The position numbers and the translations under genes are program-made. Below the pieces are notes generated by a model that saw only the letters and a list, made by a program, of their open reading frames with translations, did no database searches and was not told the origin of the DNA. DNA of 64,000 bases, taken from positions 21,252 through 85,251 of the forward strand of contig CAYXNX010000003.1 of NCBI GenBank assembly GCA_964467035.1, read 5' to 3'. This DNA comes from Candidatus Woesearchaeota archaeon. GTDB taxonomy: Archaea; Nanobdellota; Nanobdellia; Pacearchaeales; GW2011-AR1. Of the stretch, positions 36,839 to 46,184 are shown piece after piece; the first letter of the stretch is position 1; the number at the start of each line of letters is the position of its first letter.

Positions 36839-38498
36839 AGGATTATCAATCTTTCCTATCCTTTACTTACCCAGTTTGAATATACAAACTTTTTCAAATA
36901 AAGGAGTGTGGCCACATTTAAGACAATGGGATTCTGAAGAATTAGATAAATTTTCTCAATGGGTAAATAATATTTACCAACATAAAAAAAATGGATCCTC
37001 TAGGCAAAAATCTGCAAAACCAGATTCAATATTTCGAGACAATGAAATGAATCTTTTAAATAATCCTCATTTTTCAGAAGGAAATAAACAGCTTTCAAAT
37101 TCTGAATTAGAATTATTAAGAAATCTTACTCACTGTGGGTCATTTCCAGCAGTTTTAAAAACATATTACGAGTACAGACGAGGATTACCTTCTGTTATTT
37201 CAAAAATAGCTTCTAAAAAAGGAGGGGATTTAAGATATTCCTACGGAAACCATCCTATAAAACATTTTGATAGTATTTCTTTCAGAGGAAGTTTTTCAGA
37301 TTTTATATCCTATACTTTAGGTTATAAATCTGGGGCAGCATTTTTAACAGGAAATTTTAGAACACACCCTTTTTTAGAAGAAACTGATTCAGTTCCCATA
37401 GCAATAGAACCAAAATTCCTAAAACCTGGAACTGTAGCTTATAATCCTAACGGACATATTTTGGTAGTTGGAAATATAAACAAAACAGGCGAAATAAACT
37501 TTTTAGATAGTCACCCTGACCATTCAGTAACTTATGCCAAAGATATTTCCTCTTTAGGATTTGTTAAATCTGCTGAAGATGGACCAGAAGGATTTGAAAG
37601 ATGTTATGGGGGATTCCGAATGTTAAGACTTTCAAAAATAGCTTCAGATAAAGCAGAATTTTTAACAAATGAAGAAATGATTCCTTTTGGTTATTCAGTT
37701 CAACAATACAAAGACCAAGCAAAAATAAAAAAAGGAGAAATGAAAATAAAAGGAAAAAAAATTTGCTCCTTTCCTTCTTTTGTAAAAACAAAATTAAGAC
37801 AACAAAAATCAGACATCTTGAATGAAATAAAAGATTTTTCCCAACAATACTTGGAAATGATGCAAGCAAGAGAAGAGTTTGTTCAAGACGCTTGGAAAAA
37901 TGTTTTAAATCACGGTCCAATAACTTTTCCAAATAATTCTCAAAACGAAAATATCTACCAAGCAAATGGTAGATGGGAAACCTGGAGCTCTCCTTCTTCA
38001 GATGTTGACAGAAAAAACAAATATGTTTATTTAGCAAAAAATATTGAAGAAGCTTTAGAAAATTTTGGAAAAGAAGGCTCTTATGATTATTCTGATTTTG
38101 AAAATACAGAACAAATGGCCAAAGCAATTAAAGAATATAAAACACAACTTTTTAACTCAAAAACATTTTTCTATTCAGATTCAATTCAATCCCCAATAGA
38201 ACTTTCTTTATCAGATGTAGAAGAGAGATTATTTGATTTATCATTTAATCCAAACCACTGCCCAGAATTAAGATGGGGAGCTCCTCCAAGTGAAGAAAGA
38301 AAAAACGCAAAATATCTTCCAACTCCCTTAAAAACAGGAGGTTCATTATCAGCACTAGAATCTTATAAACAAGAAAAAGGACTAAGATTTTATTTAACAA
38401 GACAAAATACTCCTACAAGTCTAGATAAAAATAAAAATCCTAAACAAGTCCCCATCAAATTCATAGATGAAATATTAATGGGTTATTTGAATCAATAA
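36804..38498 (+). CDS. hypothetical secreted protein with Tat-like signal
   Basis: MNRRKFLKKTAEG N-terminus. 564 aa with no recognisable family. Confidence 0.55.
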   Translation: MNRRKFLKKTAEGLSIFPILYLPSLNIQTFSNKGVWPHLRQWDSEELDKFSQWVNNIYQHKKNGSSRQKSAKPDSIFRDNEMNLLNNPHFSEGNKQLSNSELELLRNLTHCGSFPAVLKTYYEYRRGLPSVISKIASKKGGDLRYSYGNHPIKHFDSISFRGSFSDFISYTLGYKSGAAFLTGNFRTHPFLEETDSVPIAIEPKFLKPGTVAYNPNGHILVVGNINKTGEINFLDSHPDHSVTYAKDISSLGFVKSAEDGPEGFERCYGGFRMLRLSKIASDKAEFLTNEEMIPFGYSVQQYKDQAKIKKGEMKIKGKKICSFPSFVKTKLRQQKSDILNEIKDFSQQYLEMMQAREEFVQDAWKNVLNHGPITFPNNSQNENIYQANGRWETWSSPSSDVDRKNKYVYLAKNIEEALENFGKEGSYDYSDFENTEQMAKAIKEYKTQLFNSKTFFYSDSIQSPIELSLSDVEERLFDLSFNPNHCPELRWGAPPSEERKNAKYLPTPLKTGGSLSALESYKQEKGLRFYLTRQNTPTSLDKNKNPKQVPIKFIDEILMGYLNQ

Positions 38499-38499
38499 T

Positions 38500-39531
38500 A
38501 TGAACCGAAGAAAATTTTTACAAACATCTTGTTTACTTCCCTTAATAAATCCTTTCAGACAAGAAGCTAAAATCACATTTGGAGGCGATACACTATTGGG
38601 AGGTTATATTGGTAGTCCAAAGTATGGTTCAATGACTAGGATTTTTAACACAATTAATCAAATAAATTCAGCTCCAGAAATTGCAGAAGTTTATTTTAAG
38701 AATTTAAAGAAAATATTTAATCAAAGTGATTACACTATTGTTAATTTTGAAGGACCAATAATCCCCAACAAATCCTTGAATTCTATAGGAAAAGAAATGT
38801 ATCCCAAACAATTTCCCCTTGGACAACACGGACTTTCTTATGAAATATTAAAACAGGCAGGAGTAAATGCATTTTCTTTAACCAATAATCATACTTTTGA
38901 TTATAAAGGAAAAATAGGGTTAGAAAATACTTTAAAAATTTTAGATAATTTTATGGGTGCAGGAAATGGAGAAGAAGCTTATTTTCCTTTACAATTAAAC
39001 TTAAATCAGATTAGTTTTGATATTTATTCAATTACTGATGTTTTAGAACCGATTGATATGGTTGCTGAAAAAAATAAAATAGGGGTTGCAGGAATAAAAT
39101 CAGTGTCAAATTATTCCCAAGATAAAAATTTAACAGAACTCCTTAGAAACATAGAAGAACATTCAGCAGACTTCAAGATAGTAAATCTTCATGCAGGACC
39201 TGTAAGAGGTTCTCATTTAGTTAAAAGACAAAAACATATCTCAGAAATTCTTTTAGAATCAGGAGTTGATTTAATCATTGGCCATCATTCTCATTCAGCC
39301 CAACAGATTAGAGAAGAAAGAAAATATGGAAAAAAACAAATTGTATTTTATGGAATTGGAAATTTAGTTTTTGGGGGTCGTCAAAGTATTCAATCAAAAA
39401 GTTTAGTCCCAACAATCCATTTTGAAAAAGATTTAAATAAAAAATCAATAAGAGCAAGTTACTTGGAAATTAATCCAAATCCAAACACAACTTTCTGTCC
39501 CAAAATATTGGATAAAAGAAGATTTAATTAA
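38500..39531 (+). CDS. CapA/PgsA-like metallophosphatase with Tat-like signal
   Basis: MNRRKFLQTS. FGGDTLLG, VNFEGP, NNHTFDY and GHHSH motifs. Confidence 0.7.
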   Translation: MNRRKFLQTSCLLPLINPFRQEAKITFGGDTLLGGYIGSPKYGSMTRIFNTINQINSAPEIAEVYFKNLKKIFNQSDYTIVNFEGPIIPNKSLNSIGKEMYPKQFPLGQHGLSYEILKQAGVNAFSLTNNHTFDYKGKIGLENTLKILDNFMGAGNGEEAYFPLQLNLNQISFDIYSITDVLEPIDMVAEKNKIGVAGIKSVSNYSQDKNLTELLRNIEEHSADFKIVNLHAGPVRGSHLVKRQKHISEILLESGVDLIIGHHSHSAQQIREERKYGKKQIVFYGIGNLVFGGRQSIQSKSLVPTIHFEKDLNKKSIRASYLEINPNPNTTFCPKILDKRRFN

Positions 39532-40078
39532 AATTAACTTTTGGAACTTTTCTTTCAGCTTCGCTAATTTCTAAATAAGGTTTTTCTTTAACTCCATAAA
39601 TTCCTGCAAACATCTTCCCTGGGAAAACTTGGATTGCATTATTATAACTTAAAACACTATCATTGTAAAACTGCCTTGAATAAGCAACTTTATCTTCAAT
39701 AGCTGAAAGTTCTTGTTGCAAGTGCAAAAAGTTTTGGTTAGCTTTTAAATCTGGGTAATTTTCAGCAATAGCAAAAATAGACTTTAAAGCATTTTGTAAT
39801 TTATCTCCAGCTTGAACCTTTTTTTCCATAGAACCAGCATTCACAAGTTCTTTTCTTGCTTTAGTTACTTCACTAATAATTGTTTTTTCGTGTTTTGCAT
39901 AAGCTTTCACAGTATCAATCAAATTAGGCACTAAATCAGCTCTCTTTTTCAACTGAACATCAATTTGTGCCAAAGAATTATCAATCCTATTTCCAAGAAC
40001 AACAAACTTATTATAATAAATTATAAACATAATTACAACTACTACTGCCAATACTCCAATAATCCAAGGCCATACCAT
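39524..40078 (-). CDS. lemA: LemA-family protein
   Basis: N-terminal TM, then YNKFV..IDVQLKRRADLVPNL and RQFYNDSVLSYNNAIQVFPG. Confidence 0.85.
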   Translation of the reverse strand: MVWPWIIGVLAVVVVIMFIIYYNKFVVLGNRIDNSLAQIDVQLKKRADLVPNLIDTVKAYAKHEKTIISEVTKARKELVNAGSMEKKVQAGDKLQNALKSIFAIAENYPDLKANQNFLHLQQELSAIEDKVAYSRQFYNDSVLSYNNAIQVFPGKMFAGIYGVKEKPYLEISEAERKVPKVNFN

Positions 40079-40215
40079 AACTAATCTAAATAAAAAGTAT
40101 TTATAAAACTTATCATCCTAACTTTCCCCATATTTGCTTCGCCAAAACCTTTTCTAAAAAAATATTTCAATTGCCGAGTATCAAAAACTTCAATAATTCT
40201 TGTAATTTCTGAAAT

Positions 40216-40458
40216 TTAATGAATTAATTTAACATCTTTAATCAAATGTTGTTTTTTCTTCAATGCTTCAGTAAGCTCTCTAACTTCTTTAATTGTAAGC
40301 TCAATAATTCCTGAACTATTTTTACCCTTAAAACAGAGAGAAATAGATTCATCCTTAGGATGTAAAAATTCTTCATTAATCAAAATTTCTTTGATATCTC
40401 CGCTTGTTTCAACCCTTACAACCCCGTCACTATTCAGCTTTTTTATCTTTGCTTTCAT
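40216..40458 (-). CDS. hypothetical 80-aa protein
   Basis: ORF only. Confidence 0.35.
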   Translation of the reverse strand: MKAKIKKLNSDGVVRVETSGDIKEILINEEFLHPKDESISLCFKGKNSSGIIELTIKEVRELTEALKKKQHLIKDVKLIH

Positions 40459-40690
40459 ATTTTGACAAATATTTGAAGTTTTATATTAATTTATATATAA
40501 AAAAAGATGTATTAAAATAACTAAGGGACCTAAATAATAAGGTCCCTTTTCTGCCCCCTCCTTCTCCCAACCCTGCTCGCCTTGTTCCATCCTTTTCAAA
40601 CCCCCACTCGCAAAGTTGCTCTGACTCGAAAAATCAAATTTTGAATCTCAACAAATCTACGAAGTAGTAGGGAATCTACGATTCCCAATA

Positions 40691-40919
40691 TGCCCCCTCC
40701 GGGACTCGAACCCGGGTCTGGGCCGTTCTCCGAAGATCCCAAAATTCGCTGAAAAAACGAAAGCTTCTTCATTAACTCTCGGGACCTAACAATTAACTAA
40801 TTGTCGACCTATGAAGTCTTGCCAGAGAGCAGCTGATTTGAGAATCTAGGTTTATCCTTTCATCAAGGATAAACCACTGCTCGAGAGGGCCCAATGCTTG
40901 ACCGCTACACCAAAGGGGC
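40691..40919 (-). tRNA. tRNA-Glu (anticodon CUC) with an intron of about 156 nt at 37/38
   Basis: 5' exon GCCCCUUUGGUGUAGCGGUCAAGCAUUGGGCCCUCUCG (40919-40882). 3' exon CGGCCCAGACCCGGGUUCGAGUCCCGGAGGGGGCA (40725-40691). The acceptor, D, anticodon and T stems all pair. A bulge-helix-bulge can be drawn: a 4-bp helix CUCU/GGAG flanked by 3-nt bulges CGA and AAC. Confidence 0.8.
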
Positions 40920-40955
40920 ATAAATAACCTCAATTTTCTAAGTATAAAAATCTTA

Positions 40956-41738
40956 CTAACATTTCAGTTTATAAAAATTGCAAGAATCTTCAAAGCTACA
41001 AAAACCACTAAAATTCAAATCGCTTTTAGAATTACCAACAACATATAAGAAAATATTTTCTGGATTAAATTTCTTAATCCAATTCACAACACCCAAAATA
41101 GTTTTTCCAGAACAAATAACATCTTCAGAGAGAATGACATTTTTTCCCCCAATTAAATTATTCATATAATTATGATCAACATAAAAAGGAACCCTAACTT
41201 CCTCATCCTTATGCCTAATCTGAGAATACCTGATTGGAAAAATACTCTCTAACCCAAGATAATAAGAAAATAAAGCGCCAGGCTCGAAACCTCCAGATGC
41301 AATAGGAATAATTAAATCAAATTTTTCATTTTTCATTTTTTCAAAAACATCAAAAAAAGAAGCCCTAACCTCATTCTCATATCCAACTAAATGCCTTACA
41401 TTTGTTTCATCTCTAGAACCATATTTCAAAATAATTTCCTCGCACTTCCCAAAATTTTTTAAAACTTTTTCAGTAGAAATTTTCTTTCTCTCATCATAAT
41501 AGCATCCAACAACCTCTTTTAATTCCTTCATCCAAAAATCAAAGGCAAATTTTTGCTCTTTCTGAACTTTTTCATCCTCATAACCTCTCCCAGATTCAAC
41601 TAACCCATCAAAATAAAGCTGAGCAATTCTCAACATTGATTCCTTAAATAAATTTGGACTTGTATTTTCTCCAATTATTTTTAATAAATCCTCCAAGGAT
41701 TTGTTATTCAAACTATTGCTTTCTTTAATTAAATCCAT
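40956..41738 (-). CDS. phosphoribosyltransferase-domain protein with N-terminal extension
   Basis: NVILSEDVICSGKTI PRPP-binding loop in the C-terminal half. Confidence 0.55.
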   Translation of the reverse strand: MDLIKESNSLNNKSLEDLLKIIGENTSPNLFKESMLRIAQLYFDGLVESGRGYEDEKVQKEQKFAFDFWMKELKEVVGCYYDERKKISTEKVLKNFGKCEEIILKYGSRDETNVRHLVGYENEVRASFFDVFEKMKNEKFDLIIPIASGGFEPGALFSYYLGLESIFPIRYSQIRHKDEEVRVPFYVDHNYMNNLIGGKNVILSEDVICSGKTILGVVNWIKKFNPENIFLYVVGNSKSDLNFSGFCSFEDSCNFYKLKC

Positions 41739-41921
41739 AACCTTAATCTAATGAAACAATTTATAAATGTTATCTTAAAGTTTTAAAAACACCTTGCTAA
41801 GATTAAAAATACAAGACAGGATTCGAATGCTTGCTACTTATCTTAAAAAGTTGAACATTTTTCAAGATTTACAAAACACTCAAACACGCCATTTTTCCAA
41901 AATCTTTTGAAAAACACAAAA

Positions 41922-42554
41922 TCACCTCTTTTTTACAAAATACTTCTTAATAAAAATATACAAAATAACTAAAACAATAACTCCAAAAATTATCCAATTA
42001 GTTAAAATATTTAAAATAATTTCTATATTGGATAAATTATTGCCAAAAACCATACCAAAATAAATTAAAATAAAACTCCAAATACTAACTCCCAAAGTAG
42101 TATAAAAAATAAATTTTTTCAAATTCATTTTTCCAAATCCTGCAGGTAAAGAAATCAACTGCCTAATTCCCGGAATTAATCGTCCAGTAAAAGTTGTAAT
42201 TTCTCCGTGTTTTTCCATAAAATTTTCTGATTTTTCAATACTTTTTCTATTTAAAAACAAAAACTTCCCATATTTATCAACCAATAAATTAACTACCCCT
42301 CTCCCAAGATAAAAAGCCAAAAAATAATTCACCAACGCCCCAAACAAAGCTCCAAGAATACCTGAAAGAAAAACCAATATAAAAGACATCTGGCCTTGAT
42401 GAACCAAAATTCCTGCAGGAACTAAAACAGCTTCACTCGGAAAAGGAATAAAAGAACTTTCAATAGCCATCAAAATAAAAATACCCAAATAACCAAAACT
42501 ATCAATAACTCCTGTCAAACTTTGTGTAATATCTAAGATAACATCTCCCAACAT
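41922..42554 (-). CDS. DedA/SNARE-associated family membrane protein
   Basis: [17 protein letters not shown] and [16 protein letters not shown] motifs. Confidence 0.8.
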   Translation of the reverse strand: MLGDVILDITQSLTGVIDSFGYLGIFILMAIESSFIPFPSEAVLVPAGILVHQGQMSFILVFLSGILGALFGALVNYFLAFYLGRGVVNLLVDKYGKFLFLNRKSIEKSENFMEKHGEITTFTGRLIPGIRQLISLPAGFGKMNLKKFIFYTTLGVSIWSFILIYFGMVFGNNLSNIEIILNILTNWIIFGVIVLVILYIFIKKYFVKKR

Positions 42555-42671
42555 CCTAAAAAAAGGAAACCCTTATTTATAAAATCATCTTTATTCTTAT
42601 AACAAAATTTTATTATTTTAAACTACAAAAAGCAATTCCCACAATATTGCCTATCAAAAGCTTTTAATTAT

Positions 42672-42789
42672 GGCTCGAATCAAACGCTCCAAGCAGGATT
42701 CGATCCTGTATGTTGAGTTTACGAAACATCCGCAACAAAGTGAGGACAAAGGTTCGAATCAAACTCTCCAAGCAGGATTCCATCCTATA
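42672..42789. repeat. tandem tRNA-T-arm-like repeats abutting the 3' end of tRNA-Gln (79-nt period)
   Basis: 42672-42710 and 42751-42789 match at 35/39 positions (ggYtcgaatcaaacKctccaagcaggattcSatcctRta). The core caggattcga resembles the tRNA-Gln T-arm at 42801-42816. A third related copy is at 41812-41830. Confidence 0.7.
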
Positions 42790-42791
42790 AA

Positions 42792-42864
42792 TAGCCCGTC
42801 CAGGATTCGAACCTGGGTCAGCTGGCCCAGAACCAGCTATACTTGACCACTGTACTAACGGGCT
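42792..42864 (-). tRNA. tRNA-Gln (anticodon CUG), no intron
   Basis: AGCCCGUUAGUACAGUGGUCAAGUAUAGCUGGUUCUGGGCCAGCUGACCCAGGUUCGAAUCCUGGACGGGCUA folds into a full cloverleaf. A1-U72 is typical of archaeal tRNA-Gln. Confidence 0.85.
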
Positions 42865-42927
42865 TTACCATTTTAAAGAAATCATAAATGTTTTTAAATA
42901 TTAACTTCTTTAATATAACAAGATAAA

Positions 42928-43227
42928 ATGGCAAGCTTACTTTTAATTGGGGGAATTTTGTTTTTCGTTGTAGCAATATTCTTTTATGTAAAACTAAAAT
43001 ATGTAAAACATAAACTGCATTGGCTTTTTTTAATTCTTTTAATGGTATTTGTCTACATATCCTTTATGGCAAGTATTGCTGGACAAGGAATTAATTTAAG
43101 CACTATAGATGGTTTGGAAAAAGCAGGAGGCCTTTATTTGAGCTGGCTTGGAGATGCTTTCAACAATATGAAATCACTTACAACACATGCAATAAAAATG
43201 GATTGGAATATCCCCGACATTTTTTAA
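42928..43227 (+). CDS. hypothetical small membrane protein
   Basis: Two hydrophobic segments. Confidence 0.4.
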   Translation: MASLLLIGGILFFVVAIFFYVKLKYVKHKLHWLFLILLMVFVYISFMASIAGQGINLSTIDGLEKAGGLYLSWLGDAFNNMKSLTTHAIKMDWNIPDIF

Positions 43228-43228
43228 A

Positions 43229-43432
43229 ATGAAATTTGCAACAATCTTAGTTGTCTTCTTACTTTTAAATGCATTTCTAATTATTTCAAATAATGGACTT
43301 GCACTAAAAGATAAAGAAAATGTAAAAGAATTAGGAGAATTATACTTTGATTGGGTAAAAAACATTGGAAAGAATTTTTTTTCATTAACTGGTGATGTTA
43401 CAAAAATAAAATGGACTCCAGAAGAAATTTAA
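43229..43432 (+). CDS. hypothetical small membrane/secreted protein
   Basis: N-terminal hydrophobic segment. Starts 2 nt after the previous stop. Confidence 0.4.
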   Translation: MKFATILVVFLLLNAFLIISNNGLALKDKENVKELGELYFDWVKNIGKNFFSLTGDVTKIKWTPEEI

Positions 43433-43450
43433 TCTTCCAAAAAATAGATA

Positions 43451-43747
43451 TTACTCACAATACTCAAAATTACCCCCCTTTATTCTAATAGCTTTACCAT
43501 TAATCAAAGCATCAGAAATTTTTTCCCTACCATTTTTTAGCAATCTTGAAAGAGTAGGTTGGGAAATATCCATTTTTTTGCAAGCTTCTTTTTGTTCTGC
43601 CTCTTCCAAATCAATCAATCTCAAAGCTTCAGCTTCATCAAGAGAAATCACATTTTCTTTCAGATTTCTTAAAGGAATACCTACAGGTTTAAAGTAAGTA
43701 GAATCAGGTCTAAACATTATCCTCCTACATCTAATTGGTCTTGGCAT
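43451..43747 (-). CDS. DUF134-family DNA-binding protein
   Basis: MPRPIRCRRI..YFKP.GIP N-terminus and a sigma-70-r4-like HTH (ISQPTLSRLL). Confidence 0.75.
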   Translation of the reverse strand: MPRPIRCRRIMFRPDSTYFKPVGIPLRNLKENVISLDEAEALRLIDLEEAEQKEACKKMDISQPTLSRLLKNGREKISDALINGKAIRIKGGNFEYCE

Positions 43748-44047
43748 TTATTCCTCCTTCCAAAATTCTTTAATACTTCCACTTCCAATTTTGAAATCAA
43801 CACCACTTTCTTCTAAACTTCTCTCCATATTTCTTCCAAAATTTCCAGCAACAACTAAATCAACTTCTTTATTAGCAAGCATTTCAGCAACTCCTAAACC
43901 AGCACCCCCTCCTCCTCTTGTAAAAGGGTTTTCAACTGTTTCAACAAGCTCCTTGTTTTCAAAAATCAAGTAATAAGGAGCTCTTCCTGCTACATCAGAA
44001 ATTTCACTTTCAATATCTTTGCCTGTAGAAGCAATTGCAATTTTCAT
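43748..44047 (-). CDS. NifB/NifX-like (dinitrogenase FeMo-cofactor binding domain) protein
   Basis: MKIAIASTGKD...GRAPYYLIFE...GGGGAG pattern. Confidence 0.7.
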   Translation of the reverse strand: MKIAIASTGKDIESEISDVAGRAPYYLIFENKELVETVENPFTRGGGGAGLGVAEMLANKEVDLVVAGNFGRNMERSLEESGVDFKIGSGSIKEFWKEE

Positions 44048-44589
44048 TTTTTAACCTCCATTATTCTTTCAATTATTAATCCTTGAACTACTGAAAGTAA
44101 AATCATAACAATTAATAAAATTATCGCAAATTTGAATGAAAAATAAAACAAAAGTAAAGGTAAAAAAGGAATTTTTATAGCTCTATTATATAAAAATGTT
44201 GTAACAAAAGCAATTCTCATTCCTTTTTCTTTTAAATCAGCAATCAAAGGATACCACATATAAATTGGTCCACTTGATAAAATACCTAAACCAATAACCA
44301 ATAACCAACTTCTTTTTTTAGACTCTCTTCCAAGATACTTAAAAATTTTATCTTTTGTAAAAAAATAATTTGATAAAGTCATCAGTAAAAAAACTAAAAT
44401 AAACATTCCTAAAACTTTCAAAAAAATATCATAAAAAATCTTCATTGAAGAATTAAAAATAATCGGATTAATGAAAAAGACAATTAAATAAATTACCAAC
44501 ATAATGCCTAAAAAATAAAACCCTGCATTACTTTTTTTCTGTTTTTTAACTTGCTTCTCAATATCTTTTTTATTTGATTCTTCTACCAT
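44044..44589 (-). CDS. predicted permease, C-terminal-type half
   Basis: Polytopic membrane protein in a cluster with DUF134, NifX-like and DUF5320 genes. Confidence 0.5.
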   Translation of the reverse strand: MVEESNKKDIEKQVKKQKKSNAGFYFLGIMLVIYLIVFFINPIIFNSSMKIFYDIFLKVLGMFILVFLLMTLSNYFFTKDKIFKYLGRESKKRSWLLVIGLGILSSGPIYMWYPLIADLKEKGMRIAFVTTFLYNRAIKIPFLPLLLFYFSFKFAIILLIVMILLSVVQGLIIERIMEVKK

Positions 44590-45050
44590 CCTAACCCCCC
44601 CTCAATAAAATTTAAAATAAAAACAGTTATTACAGCAACAACAATTGAAAAAACAAAGTTTACCAGATTTCTTATAATTGCAAATTTTTTACCAAGCATA
44701 ATTGACTCTGCAGGAAGTTGCACAACACCCACAGTTACCCAAGCAACAATAAAAGCAGTTACAGCTATCAACCCAACCCCTTGTTCTAAAAGTTCTCCCC
44801 CAATTATATAACTAAAAACCGGGTTGCCTGCAAAAATACTTCCAACACTTGCTCCAACTAAAGGGTCAATTAAATAACTTCCTTGAAATAATTGTCCATA
44901 AAAATCCTGAGGAACAATTGCATTCACTAAACTAATTAAAAGCATAATCCCAAAAATTGTAGGAATCATTCTTTTAAGCATATTCCCTGCTAATACAAAA
45001 GATTTTTTCCAACGTTTTTTATTTAATTCCATCTTAAAATCTTGGCTCAA
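44583..45050 (-). CDS. predicted permease, N-terminal-type half
   Basis: Polytopic membrane protein. Overlaps neighbouring genes. Confidence 0.5.
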   Translation of the reverse strand: MSQDFKMELNKKRWKKSFVLAGNMLKRMIPTIFGIMLLISLVNAIVPQDFYGQLFQGSYLIDPLVGASVGSIFAGNPVFSYIIGGELLEQGVGLIAVTAFIVAWVTVGVVQLPAESIMLGKKFAIIRNLVNFVFSIVVAVITVFILNFIEGGLGW

Positions 45051-45304
45051 TCTCTCTTTTTTTTAGGTTCTGAAAGTTCTGTTTCTAAAGCTTCTCTTTC
45101 TCCGATATTATCAGTTCTTGTACTTCTAAATCTTCCAAAAAAGCCTCTTCTCGGAGACATTCTTCCAAAACCTCTTCCAGACCTTTGTCTTTTAAATGAA
45201 AAAAATCTTGGCCTTTTATTTTCACAAGGTCCAAAACCTCTTCCTGTTAAAGGTCCTTGGCCGTCTGGTCCTGTTCCATCTTGTCTTGGCATTTTAACCT
45301 CCAC
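45047..45304 (-). CDS. DUF5320-family protein
   Basis: MPRQDGTGPDGQGPLTGRGFGPC N-terminus is characteristic. Confidence 0.65.
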   Translation of the reverse strand: MEVKMPRQDGTGPDGQGPLTGRGFGPCENKRPRFFSFKRQRSGRGFGRMSPRRGFFGRFRSTRTDNIGEREALETELSEPKKKRD

Positions 45305-45379
45305 TAATTTAATTATTAATACATATTCATAAAGGTTTTTAAATGTTTCGGATACTTATTCATAACCAAATTTAGAAAA

Positions 45380-45472
45380 AGCCACTGACGGGACTTGAAC
45401 CCGTGACCTCGTCATTTTTGATATTATCATAGTACCAATGACGCGCTCTATCCTAAACTGAGCTACAGCGGC
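45380..45472 (-). tRNA. tRNA-Thr (anticodon GGU) with an intron of about 17 nt at 37/38
   Basis: GCCGCUGUAGCUCAGUUUAGGAUAGAGCGCGUCAUUGGUA[CUAUGAUAAUAUCAAAA]AUGACGAGGUCACGGGUUCAAGUCCCGUCAGUGGC. All four stems pair. Exact splice points are approximate. Confidence 0.8.
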
Positions 45473-45596
45473 ATTACCTTATTAAATATTATAAAATCCA
45501 AATTAAAAAACTATCTAAACCATGTTGCAAAACTTTTAATAATTATTGAAAGAAAATATTTCTTTTTTTGGTTCTCCAGTGCCTCCTAGATAATTT

Positions 45597-45887
45597 CTAA
45601 AATAAATCTGGTTTCCACCTAAAAAGATCTTCTAAGTTTATTCTTTCCAAGCCCTTGCCAGTAGAAGTAATTGAAATTGAATCTTTGCCTAATTTTTTTG
45701 AAATCACCTTAATTAATTCTAAATTTTCATCAGACATCAAAGGTTCTCCTCCAGAAATATCTAAACTCACATTTAGAATATCTATATTCTCAATAACTGC
45801 TAATTTTTCCCCTAAAGAAAGATCTTTTGTGGGGCTATTTGCATCAAGACAGCAAAAATAACACGAGTAAAGGCATTTATTCGTCAC
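45597..45887 (-). pseudogene. radical SAM protein remnant (N-terminal ~96 codons only)
   Basis: NVTNKCLYSCYFC CX3CX2C motif plus GGEPL, but the ORF stops after 96 aa. The remaining ~120 nt before tRNA-Thr cannot hold the rest of a radical SAM domain. Confidence 0.5.
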
Positions 45888-46110
45888 ATTCCAAATTAGG
45901 GTGTTTTTATCATTTTCATTTTTTCAAGAATTAAGCATCTTGAGGTGCTAACACCTCTAAAAAAAGATATATAAACAGATATATAAATTTAATTGAAACG
46001 AAGTTTCAGCTATCTAATTTTCGATAGAAAAATTGCGCGCGCTTCTTTGGGTGGGAATTATCAATTAGAGATTTAAATTTTTAGCCCTCTTTCTCAATTG
46101 CAATTAACAT

Positions 46111-46184
46111 CGGAATTTAGCGAAGTCGTGAGCGTAGCGAACGATTTTGGAAAATGCGAGCCGAGCATTTTTCCGTTAAATTCC
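46111..46184. repeat. Family B structured hairpin repeat, copy B4
   Basis: Outer stem cggaatttagcg / ccgttaaattcc. Inner stem ggaaaatgc / gcatttttcc. Shares ggaatttaRcgaagt and gcgtag motifs with 29321-29346. Confidence 0.75.

Noticed and set aside
37564-38127. 187-aa antisense ORF and similar antisense or overlapping ORFs (2854-3219, 31059-31388, 45042-45332, 46519-46983, 47152-47565, 50328-50714, 54027-54356, 56826-57137, 57293-57908, 58440-58802, 59894-60232, 62974-63252)
   Set aside because: All lie opposite or inside ORFs with clear family signatures or better coding character. Their translations are Leu/Phe/Ile-rich low-complexity strings, typical of the antisense of AT-rich genes.
40079-40215. 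C/D-box sRNA in the spacer upstream of lemA
   Set aside because: A GAUGAUA-like box on the minus strand and a CUGA on the plus strand are on opposite strands and cannot belong to one RNA.
40726-40881. C/D-box sRNA inside the tRNA-Glu intron
   Set aside because: A UGAUGA sequence is present in the loop of the first hairpin. However, no CUGA D box occurs near the 3' end of the intron, and no terminal stem brings the boxes together.
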